Assembly (NCBI GenBank): GCA_020891255.1
Contig: BQFW01000004.1
Location: 2,232,001-2,296,000, forward strand
Direction of reading: 5' to 3'
DNA length: 64,000 nucleotides
From: Entomortierella parvispora E1425
Lineage: Eukaryota; Fungi; Mortierellomycota
Position 1 is the first letter of the stretch. Each line of letters opens with the position of its first letter. The notes under the pieces are model-generated. The model saw only the letters and a program-made list of their open reading frames with translations, searched no databases and was not told where the DNA came from. A program made the translations under genes and the position numbers. Positions 47,337-58,570 of this stretch are shown piece by piece.

Positions 47337-48554
47337 ATGAACCACTTGCTCCACCTCAAGCAACAGGACCGGATCGGTTGGATCGGTCTCGGCGAAATGG
47401 GCTACAGCATGGCCAAGAACCTCAACTCATACCTTGCCTCTCGGTCGTTGACCCTGACCGTCTGGAACCGATCTCCAGCCAAATCTCAAAAGATGCACGC
47501 TCACGGCGCTCGTGTTGCAAAGTCGCTCGAGGACCTGGTCGCTCAATCCAACATCATCTTCACATCCCTGGCCAACGATGCCGCCGTCCAAGAGATTTAC
47601 GAGAGGTTGATCGATCTCGCAGGACAAGTGGAACACTCCATCATCTTTGTCGAGACCTCCACCATCTATCCTGCCCTCGCGACCGAGTTGCATGACCGTT
47701 TGACGACCGGACTCCCAGAGAAGCACCATGTGTACCTGCAGTGCCCTATTTTCGGCCGTCCCTCGGTCGCCAAGGCCGCCAAGCTGGTCTGGGTGACCAG
47801 TGGCGATGAAAAGGCTATCAAGAAGATGTGCCTCTACTTCACAACAATGTCCAAGTCCATCATTCACCTCAAGACCCCGGACGTGGCCAAGGCCTGCTCT
47901 TTCAAGTTGGTCGGTAATTTCTTTGTAGTGGGATCGATGGAGCTGTTGGCCGAGGGGTTGAACCTGGCCGAGAAGGCAGATATCGACCAGGATTCCGTCC
48001 TCAAGTTCATCGAGGCTTTCTTTCCCACACCCTCTTGGATCGAGTACAGCAAAAAGATGGTCGAGAGCAGCAAGGAGAGCAACAACAGCCAGCCTTCCAG
48101 TAGCAATAGCAGTACGAACGGTATCACACACAAGAGCGGCAGTCTCTTCCGTTCCAAGAAGGACTCTTCTGCCAAAAAGAAATTGGCCGGTGCGCTTTCG
48201 AAGGAAGGTGGCTTCTCGGTGGATTTGGGTCTCAAAGATGTGGGACACATGCGTCGTCTGGCTCAAGAGACGGGTGCTGCTTTGCCCACGGCTGATTTGG
48301 CGTACGAACACTTGTTGGCGGTGCAGGAACAAGGAAAGGGCGATCAGGACTGGAGCAACATGATCTCGTCCTTGAAGGTGTCCCCTTCGACCGCCCCTTC
48401 ACCCGTCTCTTCTTCTGCTTCTTCCTTGAAGTCGCGCTATTCTTTGGATGAGAAGCGTCCCGGAGATGACCACGTCTCCTTGTCGTCGTCCTCCTCTTCC
48501 TCTTCGGATTTGACGAGCCAACCCCCAGCGTACGAGGTCGAGTCGACCAAGTAA
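47337..48554 (+). CDS. NAD(P)-dependent beta-hydroxyacid dehydrogenase family protein (3-hydroxyisobutyrate/6PGD-like), 405 aa
   Basis: Rossmann motif IGWIGLGEMGYSMAKNL, VWNRSPAK, SLANDAAV, ETSTIYP, CPIFGRP, catalytic-Lys motif FKLVGN, GFSVDLGLKDVGH, and DWS. Intronless. ATG chosen from CAACCATG context. Confidence 0.9.
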   Translation: MNHLLHLKQQDRIGWIGLGEMGYSMAKNLNSYLASRSLTLTVWNRSPAKSQKMHAHGARVAKSLEDLVAQSNIIFTSLANDAAVQEIYERLIDLAGQVEHSIIFVETSTIYPALATELHDRLTTGLPEKHHVYLQCPIFGRPSVAKAAKLVWVTSGDEKAIKKMCLYFTTMSKSIIHLKTPDVAKACSFKLVGNFFVVGSMELLAEGLNLAEKADIDQDSVLKFIEAFFPTPSWIEYSKKMVESSKESNNSQPSSSNSSTNGITHKSGSLFRSKKDSSAKKKLAGALSKEGGFSVDLGLKDVGHMRRLAQETGAALPTADLAYEHLLAVQEQGKGDQDWSNMISSLKVSPSTAPSPVSSSASSLKSRYSLDEKRPGDDHVSLSSSSSSSSDLTSQPPAYEVESTK

Positions 48555-50461
48555 GAAGTTTTTTCTAGACATCAGTCGTTTACAACACCAATCCCCACCC
48601 ATAGATACCCAATACCCTACAAAGTCAATACAGCAACCCAAAGAAGAAAAAAAAACGCAATCCCTGTTGTGTGCCATGCTTTTTCAAAAAAAGTTTTTTT
48701 TTTTCCAATCCTTTCTCCCCGCTTTTTTTCTCTTTCTTCTTTGGAGACATCTGCTCTTCTTTTACCCCTCATTTTCTCCACCTTCACTTGAGACCAAAAA
48801 CAGAAACCTCTGGTTCAAGGTTGGGGGAATTCATGTGATCCATTGTTGTTGCCTACCCTTGAGCTCTTGAGATTTTTTGTGTCAAAAGAAGCGGGCAACC
48901 TAGTTTCGTTATTTCCAATCCATATTTTCTCTAGGTCTTTATTTCCCACGCATGTTTCAATATCCATATTTGTCCAACATAGGTCTTGAATGGATTTTTT
49001 TTTTTTTTTTTTTTGTACGTGAACAACAGTCTTTGACACCAGTTTTTGTGTTGCAAAGGAGTTGGCCAGACCAAAGACGGGCAGCTCTGAGACTCTAGGC
49101 ACAGATAGAAATCGAAATAACCAGACAGCGAGGCTGCGGACCTTTGGTTTCGCAAGAGTTGAAGTCAAACGGAGTGGAATGATTGCGAATGCTCATGGCT
49201 AAAGAATGAATAGCGCCACAAAATGACCTCTCTACACTGCGCCTCTACATCTTTTTTCTTTCATCGTCATATTCTGGTCATAGCAAAAGGCGATTTCAAC
49301 ATACTGCGGGGATTCTTTTCAATGCTTTGCTTTATTACAAAGTGTAACAGGGCTCCTGCGCAATGGGATTGATATCGACGCTCAGTGTGTCCAAAGATGA
49401 GTGACGACCGAGGCTTGACGGAGGTATCCTACATTGCTTTTTCTTTGAAAAAAAATCTTGGAATCCAATCTTCTCAAGGAATGTTTCCTTTCAGATCAAT
49501 CCAGACCTTTAATTTGTGCCTGCATCGCAATTGCAATGGCAATAACTTGCTATACCGGATAAGTTATGATAAATTATAGTCTCTTCACCTGGAAGGCGAT
49601 TCGACCCTCGGTCTCACCATGACTATCAATGAACGGTGACAAAGGCGTAGAGAGACCAATTGAAGGATCTAGCAGGTTCGTCTAGACTCACTCTACCAAA
49701 ATGTACTTGCGTGGTTACCTTGGCCCTAGAGCGACCTCTGAAGGGTACATACATATACGAGCTGGACCATAGAGGGCAGCAAGAGGTCACAACTGCACAA
49801 TTATTAGAGCTGACAAGAGAAGCCACTCTGTGGTGTAGACCATGTATCTACAGGCTACAAAAGACTTTGGACCAAAGAAAGGAAAGGTACTACGGGCTGT
49901 ACAGAAGAGACGTCTTCCTAACGCCCAAATTCGTCCATCCAGCCAATAGAACAAAAGAGGGAAAATGGCCAGAGGCACCCGCGGGCTCTTAAAGGGCTTA
50001 GTCATGGCGTAGGGTCGAATCAGCTGAAAAGACAGTCATGGTGATGGATCCAAGACCTGTCCACTGCGCGGCGATGCTATGTTTGATTCTTACCCCCTGC
50101 AGGTCCGCAGGTCCACCTCTTATCTGCAGCCTCTCCAGGGAGCTACAGGGATAATTGCCCCCCCAGGAGAGGGCTGGTTTGACTGGCTGCCAAACAAGAC
50201 TGTAGCAAACAAGCCCTCGAATCACAGACGATGTCCACAGGGGCAGGAACTGAGAAGAATTGCAAGGGTCACCCATGGCCCATTGGCCACCCCTTCACTC
50301 CCGCTTCGCCTTCACCGCAGCCAACTTCAGCGATTGGGGACCCTGCACCAACGCAAAAAAAAAAAAAAGTGGTGCAACGCCACCATGGACATCTTTGAAT
50401 ATTCATTCTCAGGTACCAATGATGCTCGCGTGAGAATCATCGACTGTTCCTGGAGAAAAAG

Positions 50462-50469
50462 TATATAAA
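50462..50469 (+). promoter_or_regulatory. TATA box (TATATAAA) of the DPBB gene
   Basis: Canonical TATA about 135 bp upstream of the ATG at 50605, followed by a C/A/T-rich leader. Confidence 0.6.
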
Positions 50470-50604
50470 GGACAAGAACCTTTGCATCTACCCTACTCTC
50501 TATCCAACAAGCAACTTCAACTTACTCTTACAGCTACCACTACTCAAGCCAAAAAAATACTCCCTTCAAACTCATTCTCACATCTCTCCAACCCATACAT
50601 CATC

Positions 50605-51048
50605 ATGATCTTCAACAAGCTTACTCTTTTGGCCACCGCTGCCCTCCTCGCCGTCGCCTCTGCTGCGCCCATTGCCACCCCTACCCGCCAGACCTCCGCT
50701 ACCGAGATCCCATTGACCGAGCAGCAGGACATCTCGATGGCTGCCGCCATTTCCTCCCCTTTCTCGGGCCGCGGTACCTGGTTCACTGATACCATGGGCA
50801 GCTGCGGTGAGAGCTTCAACACCGACGACATGATTGTTGCCATGAACGCTGCCCAGATGGATGGTACCTCCCAGTGCGGTCGTCAAGTTAGTATCCAGTC
50901 CGGTGGGAAGACTGTTACCGCCAAGGTCATCGATACCTGCCCCGCCCAGTACTGCCAGCCCGGCAGCTTGGATCTCTCCCAGGCCGTCTTCCAGCAATTG
51001 GCCCCCCTTGCCACTGGTGTCATCAACATCCAGTGGGAGTTTGTTTAA
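50605..51048 (+). CDS. Secreted RlpA-like double-psi beta-barrel protein (expansin/loosenin/barwin-like), 147 aa
   Basis: Signal peptide MIFNKLTLLATAALLAVASA; FSGRGTWF..GSCG..DDMIVAMN..CGRQVSI..TVTAKVIDTCP..C.PGSLDLSQAVFQQLA..GVINIQW. Confidence 0.92.
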   Translation: MIFNKLTLLATAALLAVASAAPIATPTRQTSATEIPLTEQQDISMAAAISSPFSGRGTWFTDTMGSCGESFNTDDMIVAMNAAQMDGTSQCGRQVSIQSGGKTVTAKVIDTCPAQYCQPGSLDLSQAVFQQLAPLATGVINIQWEFV

Positions 51049-51632
51049 ACAAAACGATACCTAGTGCTCTCTAGACATTTTTTTTTGGGAAGCCCATTTT
51101 TTGGCCCAATGTTATATCCATCTAGATCCCATCCTTTGGAAGGGCAGTGCGCCATCCAAAACACCTTACAACTACCCACTTCTCAATCTTGCATTTTTTC
51201 ACTTAAAAAAAATAAAAAATCATCTCTCTTCATTCTCTCTCTGTCTGTCATGATATCGGTTTTCTGAAGTCAATTGAATTTTTATGGTTGCCGACCCTAT
51301 TAGGATACCTCTCGCTTTGGGCCGCTAGAGATCCTTTTGTAGTTCACCTCGCGGAGCCTGTAAATCTGATGGGACAAAAAAAAAAAAAAAAAAAAGGAGG
51401 CTGTGCACAAGCTGGGCTCTATTCTTCGCGACTGGCTTTTTGCCGCCAAACGCGCCCAATGAAGTTCAAGAAGAAAAAAAAAGGTTTTGTTCAAAAGACA
51501 GAGGCAGGGAGATGCTATTCCTATTACTCCTCTCATTCCCACTTCTTGTTGTTCGATCTTGACATCATGGCTGGTTTATTAAGGAAAATACAGATAGCAT
51601 ATATAAAGAAGTTCAACCATCGCTGTCCATAT

Positions 51633-53285
51633 TTACAGCCACAGCTCGAGCTTGCGCTCAGGTAGAAGCGAAGGCTGGGAAAGAGGGGACGAATAAGGGG
51701 ATGAGCACAGAGACGAAGCACCAGAAGAAGACGAGTTGGGCGGTGATGGCATTTGGACACCACCAAAAGGAAACGAAGTGTCTGCGCGCGCCTCACGGCA
51801 AAGGGCAGGTGTTGGAAGAGGCGTCAGAAACGACCAGGGTGGAGACGGCGCCAAAGACGTAGCTGGGTTAAAGGCAAAAGGACTAGACGTGACCGCAAGA
51901 CTCAATGGCATGTGCGCAGGGTCCATTTCGAGTCCAAAGTGAAGAGTGGGGTCGGACGGGACCGACATCTCCTCGTAGACTGGCGTTGAGTATCCATTGT
52001 AAGAGGAGGAAGAGACGATCGAAGGGACCGAATACGGAGAACTCGTCGTCGCCCATTGAGTCTCAAACCGCGGCAAACATTCAGGCTCAAAAGGCTCCAT
52101 TGAGAGGTAAGCAGGGAACGTAACCGGAGCAAGGATCGAATGGTCTTCCAGCGAGCACGATTGTTGCTGCTGTTGTTGTTGTTGCTGCTGATGTGAAATA
52201 GTTTCGGCCGGGGAACGGTAGGGTTCTTGACATCGCAGTTGATCAAGACGCAGATGAATCTTCAAAGTCTCATCATCACTGTCCTCTTCCTTCACGCAAT
52301 CAAGATCCATCGACTCGTCATCACTGTCAGAAAGACTTGGGGAAGATGAGGTCGAAGGCGAACGCGAGGTAGAGTAAGGGGTCCTGGACACTGAAAGCGA
52401 GGACTGGACCGAGGTTGGTGTTGCCCAGGAAGCTTGGTCGTAGGATGCAAAGTAGAGTGAGGCGGATTCGACTTGTTCCTCCTGCTTCACAGCTACTCGA
52501 CTAGAGCTTTTCCCCTTGCTTGCCGTCGATCTGGAGATGTAGGGTGCCGAAGTTGTATACCGTTGAGGCCTTTGAACTCTCCTCTTTGGACGATTAGCGG
52601 ATGTAGTGGCGGTGGATGAGGGAGGTGAATGTGCAGCAATGCCACGAACAGACGCGGCCGTTGATCGCACCGGATCAGTCGAGGTTGAAGTAGCAGCAGC
52701 CTTGCGTGCTGCATTGGCCATGGCCTCCAGAGCCAAGGCACGTTTCCCGGTGCCGCGCTTGACCGGTGTAAACTTGTAATTTGGGTACCGAATAGCATGC
52801 TCTTGCTTGGCCTTCACTGCTAGCTGGGCGTAGTGTTCTCGACGTTCAGGAGTTTCTCGCTTCCATGATAGGGCTAGCTTGGAAGAGAGCTCTGTTGCGA
52901 CCAACCCTGCGTACTGAGTGGCATGCTCCTTGCGGTAGATCAGGAATGAGTTTGGAGGCCGAGGAATCTTTTTGGATTGTTGCTGGTGCTGTTGTTGTGT
53001 TTGCTGTGGTTTCGACGACGATTTAGAGGACGATGGGGGTTTACTGGAGTCCATTTGCGAAGAGGTATTCTTGAACGAAGAGGGAGACGAAAGAGAAGAA
53101 ACAAGAGACGAGAACGAGGATGATGCCGAGGCGAAGGCTGATTCACAGGCGCTGATATCCAATGATGATATCGAAGAGGAGTCTGTGGTAGCGATCAATG
53201 GCGAGACTAATGTACCCGGGATTCGGATCGTAAATAGGCCAGTTTCCTTTGCTTGGACGCTTGGACGAGCAGAGCTGCTTGTCAT
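51633..53285 (-). CDS. Sequence-specific HMG-box transcription factor (MATA/Sox class), 550 aa
   Basis: HMG box at 52970..52764: KIPRPPNSFLIYRKEH..ELSSKLALSWKRETPERREHYAQLAVKAKQEHAIRYPNYKFTP, followed by basic VKRGTGKR. The rest is S/P/Q-rich low complexity. Intronless ORF. Confidence 0.9.
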   Translation of the reverse strand: MTSSSARPSVQAKETGLFTIRIPGTLVSPLIATTDSSSISSLDISACESAFASASSSFSSLVSSLSSPSSFKNTSSQMDSSKPPSSSKSSSKPQQTQQQHQQQSKKIPRPPNSFLIYRKEHATQYAGLVATELSSKLALSWKRETPERREHYAQLAVKAKQEHAIRYPNYKFTPVKRGTGKRALALEAMANAARKAAATSTSTDPVRSTAASVRGIAAHSPPSSTATTSANRPKRRVQRPQRYTTSAPYISRSTASKGKSSSRVAVKQEEQVESASLYFASYDQASWATPTSVQSSLSVSRTPYSTSRSPSTSSSPSLSDSDDESMDLDCVKEEDSDDETLKIHLRLDQLRCQEPYRSPAETISHQQQQQQQQQQSCSLEDHSILAPVTFPAYLSMEPFEPECLPRFETQWATTSSPYSVPSIVSSSSYNGYSTPVYEEMSVPSDPTLHFGLEMDPAHMPLSLAVTSSPFAFNPATSLAPSPPWSFLTPLPTPALCREARADTSFPFGGVQMPSPPNSSSSGASSLCSSPYSSPLSQPSLLPERKLELWL

Positions 53286-56200
53286 GGTTCTCTGGAGATC
53301 GAGCGAGACGAAGGGGTAGAAGTCCGAAGAATGAATTGGGAGAATGAGAATGAAAAAAGACTGGGGATGAGAAGGTAGTGGGTGGTGTCGGCGGTGGTGG
53401 TTATTTCAAGAGTCAAGAGGTGTGGATGAGCGTAAAGAAGAAAGCGATAAGTTCGATGAAGGATCGTTTTATACACCTTTTCCCCAGATGTCAGTTGAGG
53501 AGACACAGCTAAAACGGGACCTGAAAGAAAAAAAGGGTTGTTCTTCATGGTGCAACAGCGGTGGAACTTCTGTTCTGGCTGCCATAAAAAAAAGCAAGGA
53601 AAACAGTGAGCACACCGAAGGGAGGAAGAATCACAAATCCCAGGACAGAGCAACAGTTCCATTCAATTGAATGGGGTTTATTGTTGAGTCCACCATGCAC
53701 CTTCAATTCTTTTTTCCCTTATTCCACAGCGAGCGAGTGGCGAGACTTCGTTTTTTTTCAGCTATCTTTGGGACATTGTCGATTTATCACCTTCCCTCGT
53801 TTACTTCACTGGCAAGGTTCACAGGAGCGTGGCCCCTCGCAATAATGATCCAGCAGCTCAGCTCTCGGCTCTGCTTTGCCTGACAGAAACCACCTATTCC
53901 CAGCACTTTGACCTTCACGGTCAACATCAACAGATGTGGTTCGACAGGCCGGTCTTCAGGGCATCCAGCGTTCTTGAAGAAGTTCTATCCGAAATTCTGA
54001 ATGGCTATTGTAAAGTCGTGGTGTCGGCTGGCGTAGCAGAACATCGTCATGAAGAATCGCACATCAACTACCCATCTTGGGACTACTGGTCCTTCATGTA
54101 TGTTTCTTGCTCGCCACTCTGTCTCTGCTGATTAGAGACGAGTTGACCACCGCAGTTGCCCTGACATCAAGTTGCCCTGCAGATGAAGAGCCTCAAAGGA
54201 GTCTATTTCTGAATCCTCCACAATGGCTGACCCATTACCTTGGCCCGACACACAATCATCCAGAGAGAAGAAGATGTTGATTCAAAGAGCATGTAGGGGT
54301 GGCGAGGGAATATGGGGCGACTTTGACCAAAAGGAGGCTTTGACAGTCAAGGCGACAAGGCAATCGACAAATAAGGTCAAAGAAATTGGGAAGGACGAAA
54401 GGGAGAAGAAGGATGCTGGTGTGTGTCACCAGAACCCGCCCCACTGTCGCCCTGGTGTATTTCCACAAGCGACGGAACTGGCGGTATTTCAGCCAACCGC
54501 TCCTTCACTCAAAAACAACAAACAAAAAAGGGCTTGGACCTCGCCTTTGTGCCAGATGCCATCGTGCCCCATAGCAATTGCTCATTGAGCCCCTCTATTA
54601 AATAATAGGTCCATTGATTATCCTTTGATCTCTTGCCCCCTCCTGTGAAGGGCGCTTACTTTTTTTGCAAGGGGTGGTCCAAGTAGACAATCAATGATCT
54701 TCTAAGGAAGTGTGTTCGATGAATCTTTGATACATGATAATCGGCTTTCTTGGTCAGAGACGTTGACGTTCACTGATGAGCAAAACGCGTGGCGGATTTA
54801 TCTTCCAAGGGAGGTGTGGTTCATTCATTGTCCGTTATAACGAAATAGGAACATGCTAGCGTGCGGTATTGCATGTCTTGCATGGAGGTGGTTTGCAGTG
54901 GATTCAGGGCTTTAACTCTGCTAGGTAAAGCAACAAGTGCTTGGCAAGGACCCCCGAAAGATGGCGGGTTCTTTCAATCAGCCCATGCAGCCTGGACCCT
55001 TCCCAAAAAAAAAAAAGCGAAGGAAAACAAGCAGTGCGAAGGGCGAACGGGTAAAGAGGAAAGAGGCAGTGGCAAGGAAAGTTCGTTTGGCGCTGGAGAA
55101 AGAAGGCGGTTGCAGGGGTTTCCTTTTCAGGCGATCAAACAACCAACCGAATGCGTCCGTGCAGGGCAGGTGCAAGCGTGCTTTGTCTTTGTGCTGTGGT
55201 CTCTCGGCGTTCGTTTGGGCGAGGATGTGGATCTTGGCATGGCTCAGCAGCCCAGCGATGGCCTAGCGCGACTGCAACGGCTCTATGCCAATGCGTGGTC
55301 CATGTTCCATGATTTCGTGCACAAAGGATCGCGTCCATCTTTAGCGCTCATTTTACGCACCGATGCTCCCTGACGAAATGTGCCCTTTTTTTTTTCTTTC
55401 TGGCAGAGAACAATCATCTTGAAGGACCAGCATGTTGGATATTGGCGCTTGGATCGCGTCCCGCGTGTTTTTCATTTCGTTTTATTTCATGATCTAATTT
55501 GTTCTTGCAAGAATAATATTTTATCTGGCGCCTTCGTAATTGGTTTGGGCCGCTAACATACCTTTTATCCACACAATGGGGAGATGTCTTTGAGTATAGG
55601 AAGGAGAGTGTGAAGGGTATATATCAGGTACATTAGAGGATCTGTCCACAGAGTTTTTCCATTTTTTCTCTCACGCTCCCACAAGATTTTTCCAGCACCC
55701 GCGTTGGAGAAGAGCTACAGTATCGCCGCAGAGCTCCACAGCCCTACACAATATCGCTATAATCACTTGCATTGCACAAACGTGCTCGTGTGAGAGCGAC
55801 GCGGCGAGCCATTGGCAGACACCCAGATCAACAGACAGGGAGCAGAACATAGGGCGGGCAGAGACGTGTGAGAGGAAGAGCTGATCTAGTGGACAGGAAG
55901 GGAGAGGAAGGGAGAGGGAAGGAAGAGAAGGAAGGAGAGAAAGAAAAAAGGAAGGAAGGAAGGAAGAAAGAAAGAAAAGAAAGAAAGAAAGGCAGAATGA
56001 GAATCTGCAAATCCGATTTCGACCGTTGTGTCGTCTTCGTCTTGCAGTGAAAGCGGGTTCCGCAAATCGAACTGGAGATGTCCTCCTTTGGGTCGTCTTT
56101 CCTTTCTCTCTTTTCTCTTCTTCTCTTCAACCACACCCCTCCTCCCCTTCCTCCTCTTCCTCTTGCACCGCCTTCCATTGGTCTAGCATCGACTACCTTC

Positions 56201-56544
56201 TCTTCCTCTCATCTCGATTCATTGTACGTGTTTGTTGTGTTCTGGTCATTCATTCCCATTCAATACCATCCTTCACTTTCTCTCTCTCTGTCATGGCAAC
56301 CACCCGTCAGGAGCAGGGGCTTGACTCCTGAGAAAGGAGAAGGACAGGCAACCACGAGGAAAGGCAGATATGCAAGGAGGCAGACAAGCCAAGCCAGGAA
56401 GCAGACAAGCAAGCACGGAAAGCAACCTGTCTCTGGCATGAGAACAGGGCTCATTCGCTGGTTTATGACGTTTCCTGAGCTAACCTGCTTGCATTCATCA
56501 TTCTTTCCTTCTTCTCCTCCTCATCGCCCTACTTTTCTCTACAG

Positions 56545-58570
56545 ATGTCCCGCTTCGTCCGCGCCTCAAAGTACAGGTACAGTGGACATGGAGACATGAC
56601 TGACAATAGGAGGATACATTGATGGCACGTTCCCGTCCCATTGGAATCATCTCTACTCCATGGAGTCACTAATGCGAATCCCTGTCCGGACTAAAAAAAA
56701 AAAAAAAAAAAAAAAAAACGAACCATAGACACGTCTACGGCACTGCTGCCAGACGCGAGTTGAGCTACGACAACGTCAAGGTCTCTGGCAATGCCTGGGA
56801 TACCAACTTGATCAAAGTCAACCCTGTAAGTGCCGTGTCTAGTTTGGTGGTAATTGTTTTTCTCAGGGAAGTTTAGCACTTATTTACACCCAATTGCTTC
56901 TTTGTTCCTGGCTGGCATTCCTAGAAATTCTTCTCGTTGAACTGGAACTCTGGTGGAGGAGGAGCCTTTGCTGTCATTCCCCTCTCCATGACCGGTACGT
57001 TGACTACCGTCTGTTGCTGTGAAACGGGACCAATGCAGATTGGAAAACTGGAGAACAGGCAGTCTTCAATGAATGTATTCCAAAGAAAGTACGCCCCTTC
57101 GGGCTGACGAACTCTTTTCTTCTCATTGTCTTCCTTAGGCAAGGTCCCCGACGCCCTTCCCTTGTACCGTGGACACTCTGCTGCCGTTCTCGACACGGAT
57201 TTCTCGCCCTTTAACGATAACTTGATTGCCTCTGCTTCGGAGGACAGCAAGGTCTTCCTGTACACGATCCCTGATGAGCTTGGCGAAGAAGATATTGAGC
57301 CCGTGGTCCGTTTGACGACCCATGGTCGTAAGGTCGGTCAGGTCCTCTTCAACCCTGTGGCCGAGAACGTTCTCCTGTCCGCTTCGGCCGATCTGACGAT
57401 TAAGCTTTGGGATGTGGAGAAGGGAGTTGAGAAGCAGGAGATCACTGGACACATGGAGGTTATTCAAAGCGTCTGCTGGAACTACAATGGTTCTTTGGTT
57501 GCCACCACCTGCCGCGACAAGAAGCTTCGCGTGTTCGATATTCGCAGCAACAAAGTTGTTCAGGTAAGCAAAGTCGTGGTTGGAGTTTGTCCTTTTGTGT
57601 CTAAGGGGGAAAGCTGAGTCTTTGTACTTTTTGCAATACCCACAGGTTGCAGACTCTCATCAGGGTGTCAAGGGATCGCGCGTTGTTTGGATGGGCGATA
57701 GCAACCGCTTGGCCACCACTGGTTTCTCCAAGGTCTCGGATCGTCAGGTCAACATTTGGGATTCGAGCAACTTGGAGACGCCATTGAAGCAAACCAACAT
57801 GGATACCTCTTCCGGAGTTGTCATGCCCTTCTACGATGGCGACAGCAACATGCTTTACCTTGCCGGCAAGGGGTACGTTGATTACTTTTTCTCATTTTTT
57901 CAAAAGTTTTTATCATGACGAAACTGACAGCTGTGATTCTCTGTCTATAATAGTGATGGTAACATCCGTTACTTTGAGTTTGAGAACGATGAGATGTATC
58001 CTCTGTCTGAGTATGGCTCCAACGTTCCTCAGCGTGGTATGGCCTTCATGCCCAAGCGCGCCTTGAACGTCGAGTCTTGCGAAATTGCCAGAGCTTACAA
58101 GGTCTCCAACGGTTTGGTGGAGCCTATCAGCTTCACTGTCCCTCGCAAGGTAAGAGTCATTTGGGTCTCCCTTTTACTTTAATTTGGAATTGTTTTTACT
58201 TTGTGCTGACTCTGCTTTCCCTGCGAATCGAAAATAATAGTCGGATTCTTTCCAGGCCGATTTGTACCCTGATTGCGCTGGTGATGAGCCTGCTTTGACG
58301 GCTGATGCCTGGTTCGGTGGTGAGACTGCCAATCCCAAGTTGATTTCGCTCGAGAAGGGATTCACGGCAACGGTCAAGAAGGAGTTCGTGGCGAGTGCTG
58401 CTGCCCAAGTTGCGGAGGAGTACGTGGCTGCACCCAAGAACGACAAGGAATACCAGGATGCTTACCACAAGTTGCGTCAGGAGAATGATGACCTCAAGAA
58501 CCAAATTGCTCAGAAGGACGTCAAGATCCGTCTCTTGGAGGTCCAGTTGGAGCAATTGGCTTCAAAATAG
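56545..58570 (+). CDS. CRN1: Coronin (WD40 actin-binding protein with C-terminal coiled coil)
   Basis: Exons 56545..56576, 56729..56825, 56925..56994, 57139..57563, 57646..57872, 57954..58149, 58241..58570. Motifs: MSRFVRASKYRHVYG, GGGGAFAVIP, GHSAAVLDTDFSPFND, GKGDGNIRYFE, PQRGMAFMPKR, SFTVPRKSDSFQADLYPD, and a terminal heptad coil. Confidence 0.96.

Noticed and set aside
48800-50400. Short ORFs in the gap before the DPBB gene
   Set aside because: No motifs, no consistent splice path and frequent stops. Treated as intergenic, though decayed sequence cannot be excluded.
51633-53285. Mucorales-type mating locus
   Set aside because: No triose-phosphate transporter, RNA helicase, algA or glrA gene flanks the HMG gene. 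Kept only as a low-prior lead.
53700-55400. Short ORFs between the HMG gene and coronin (e.g. 53829..54131, 54861..55373)
   Set aside because: No family signature; several depend on non-ATG starts. Most likely promoter or intergenic DNA.
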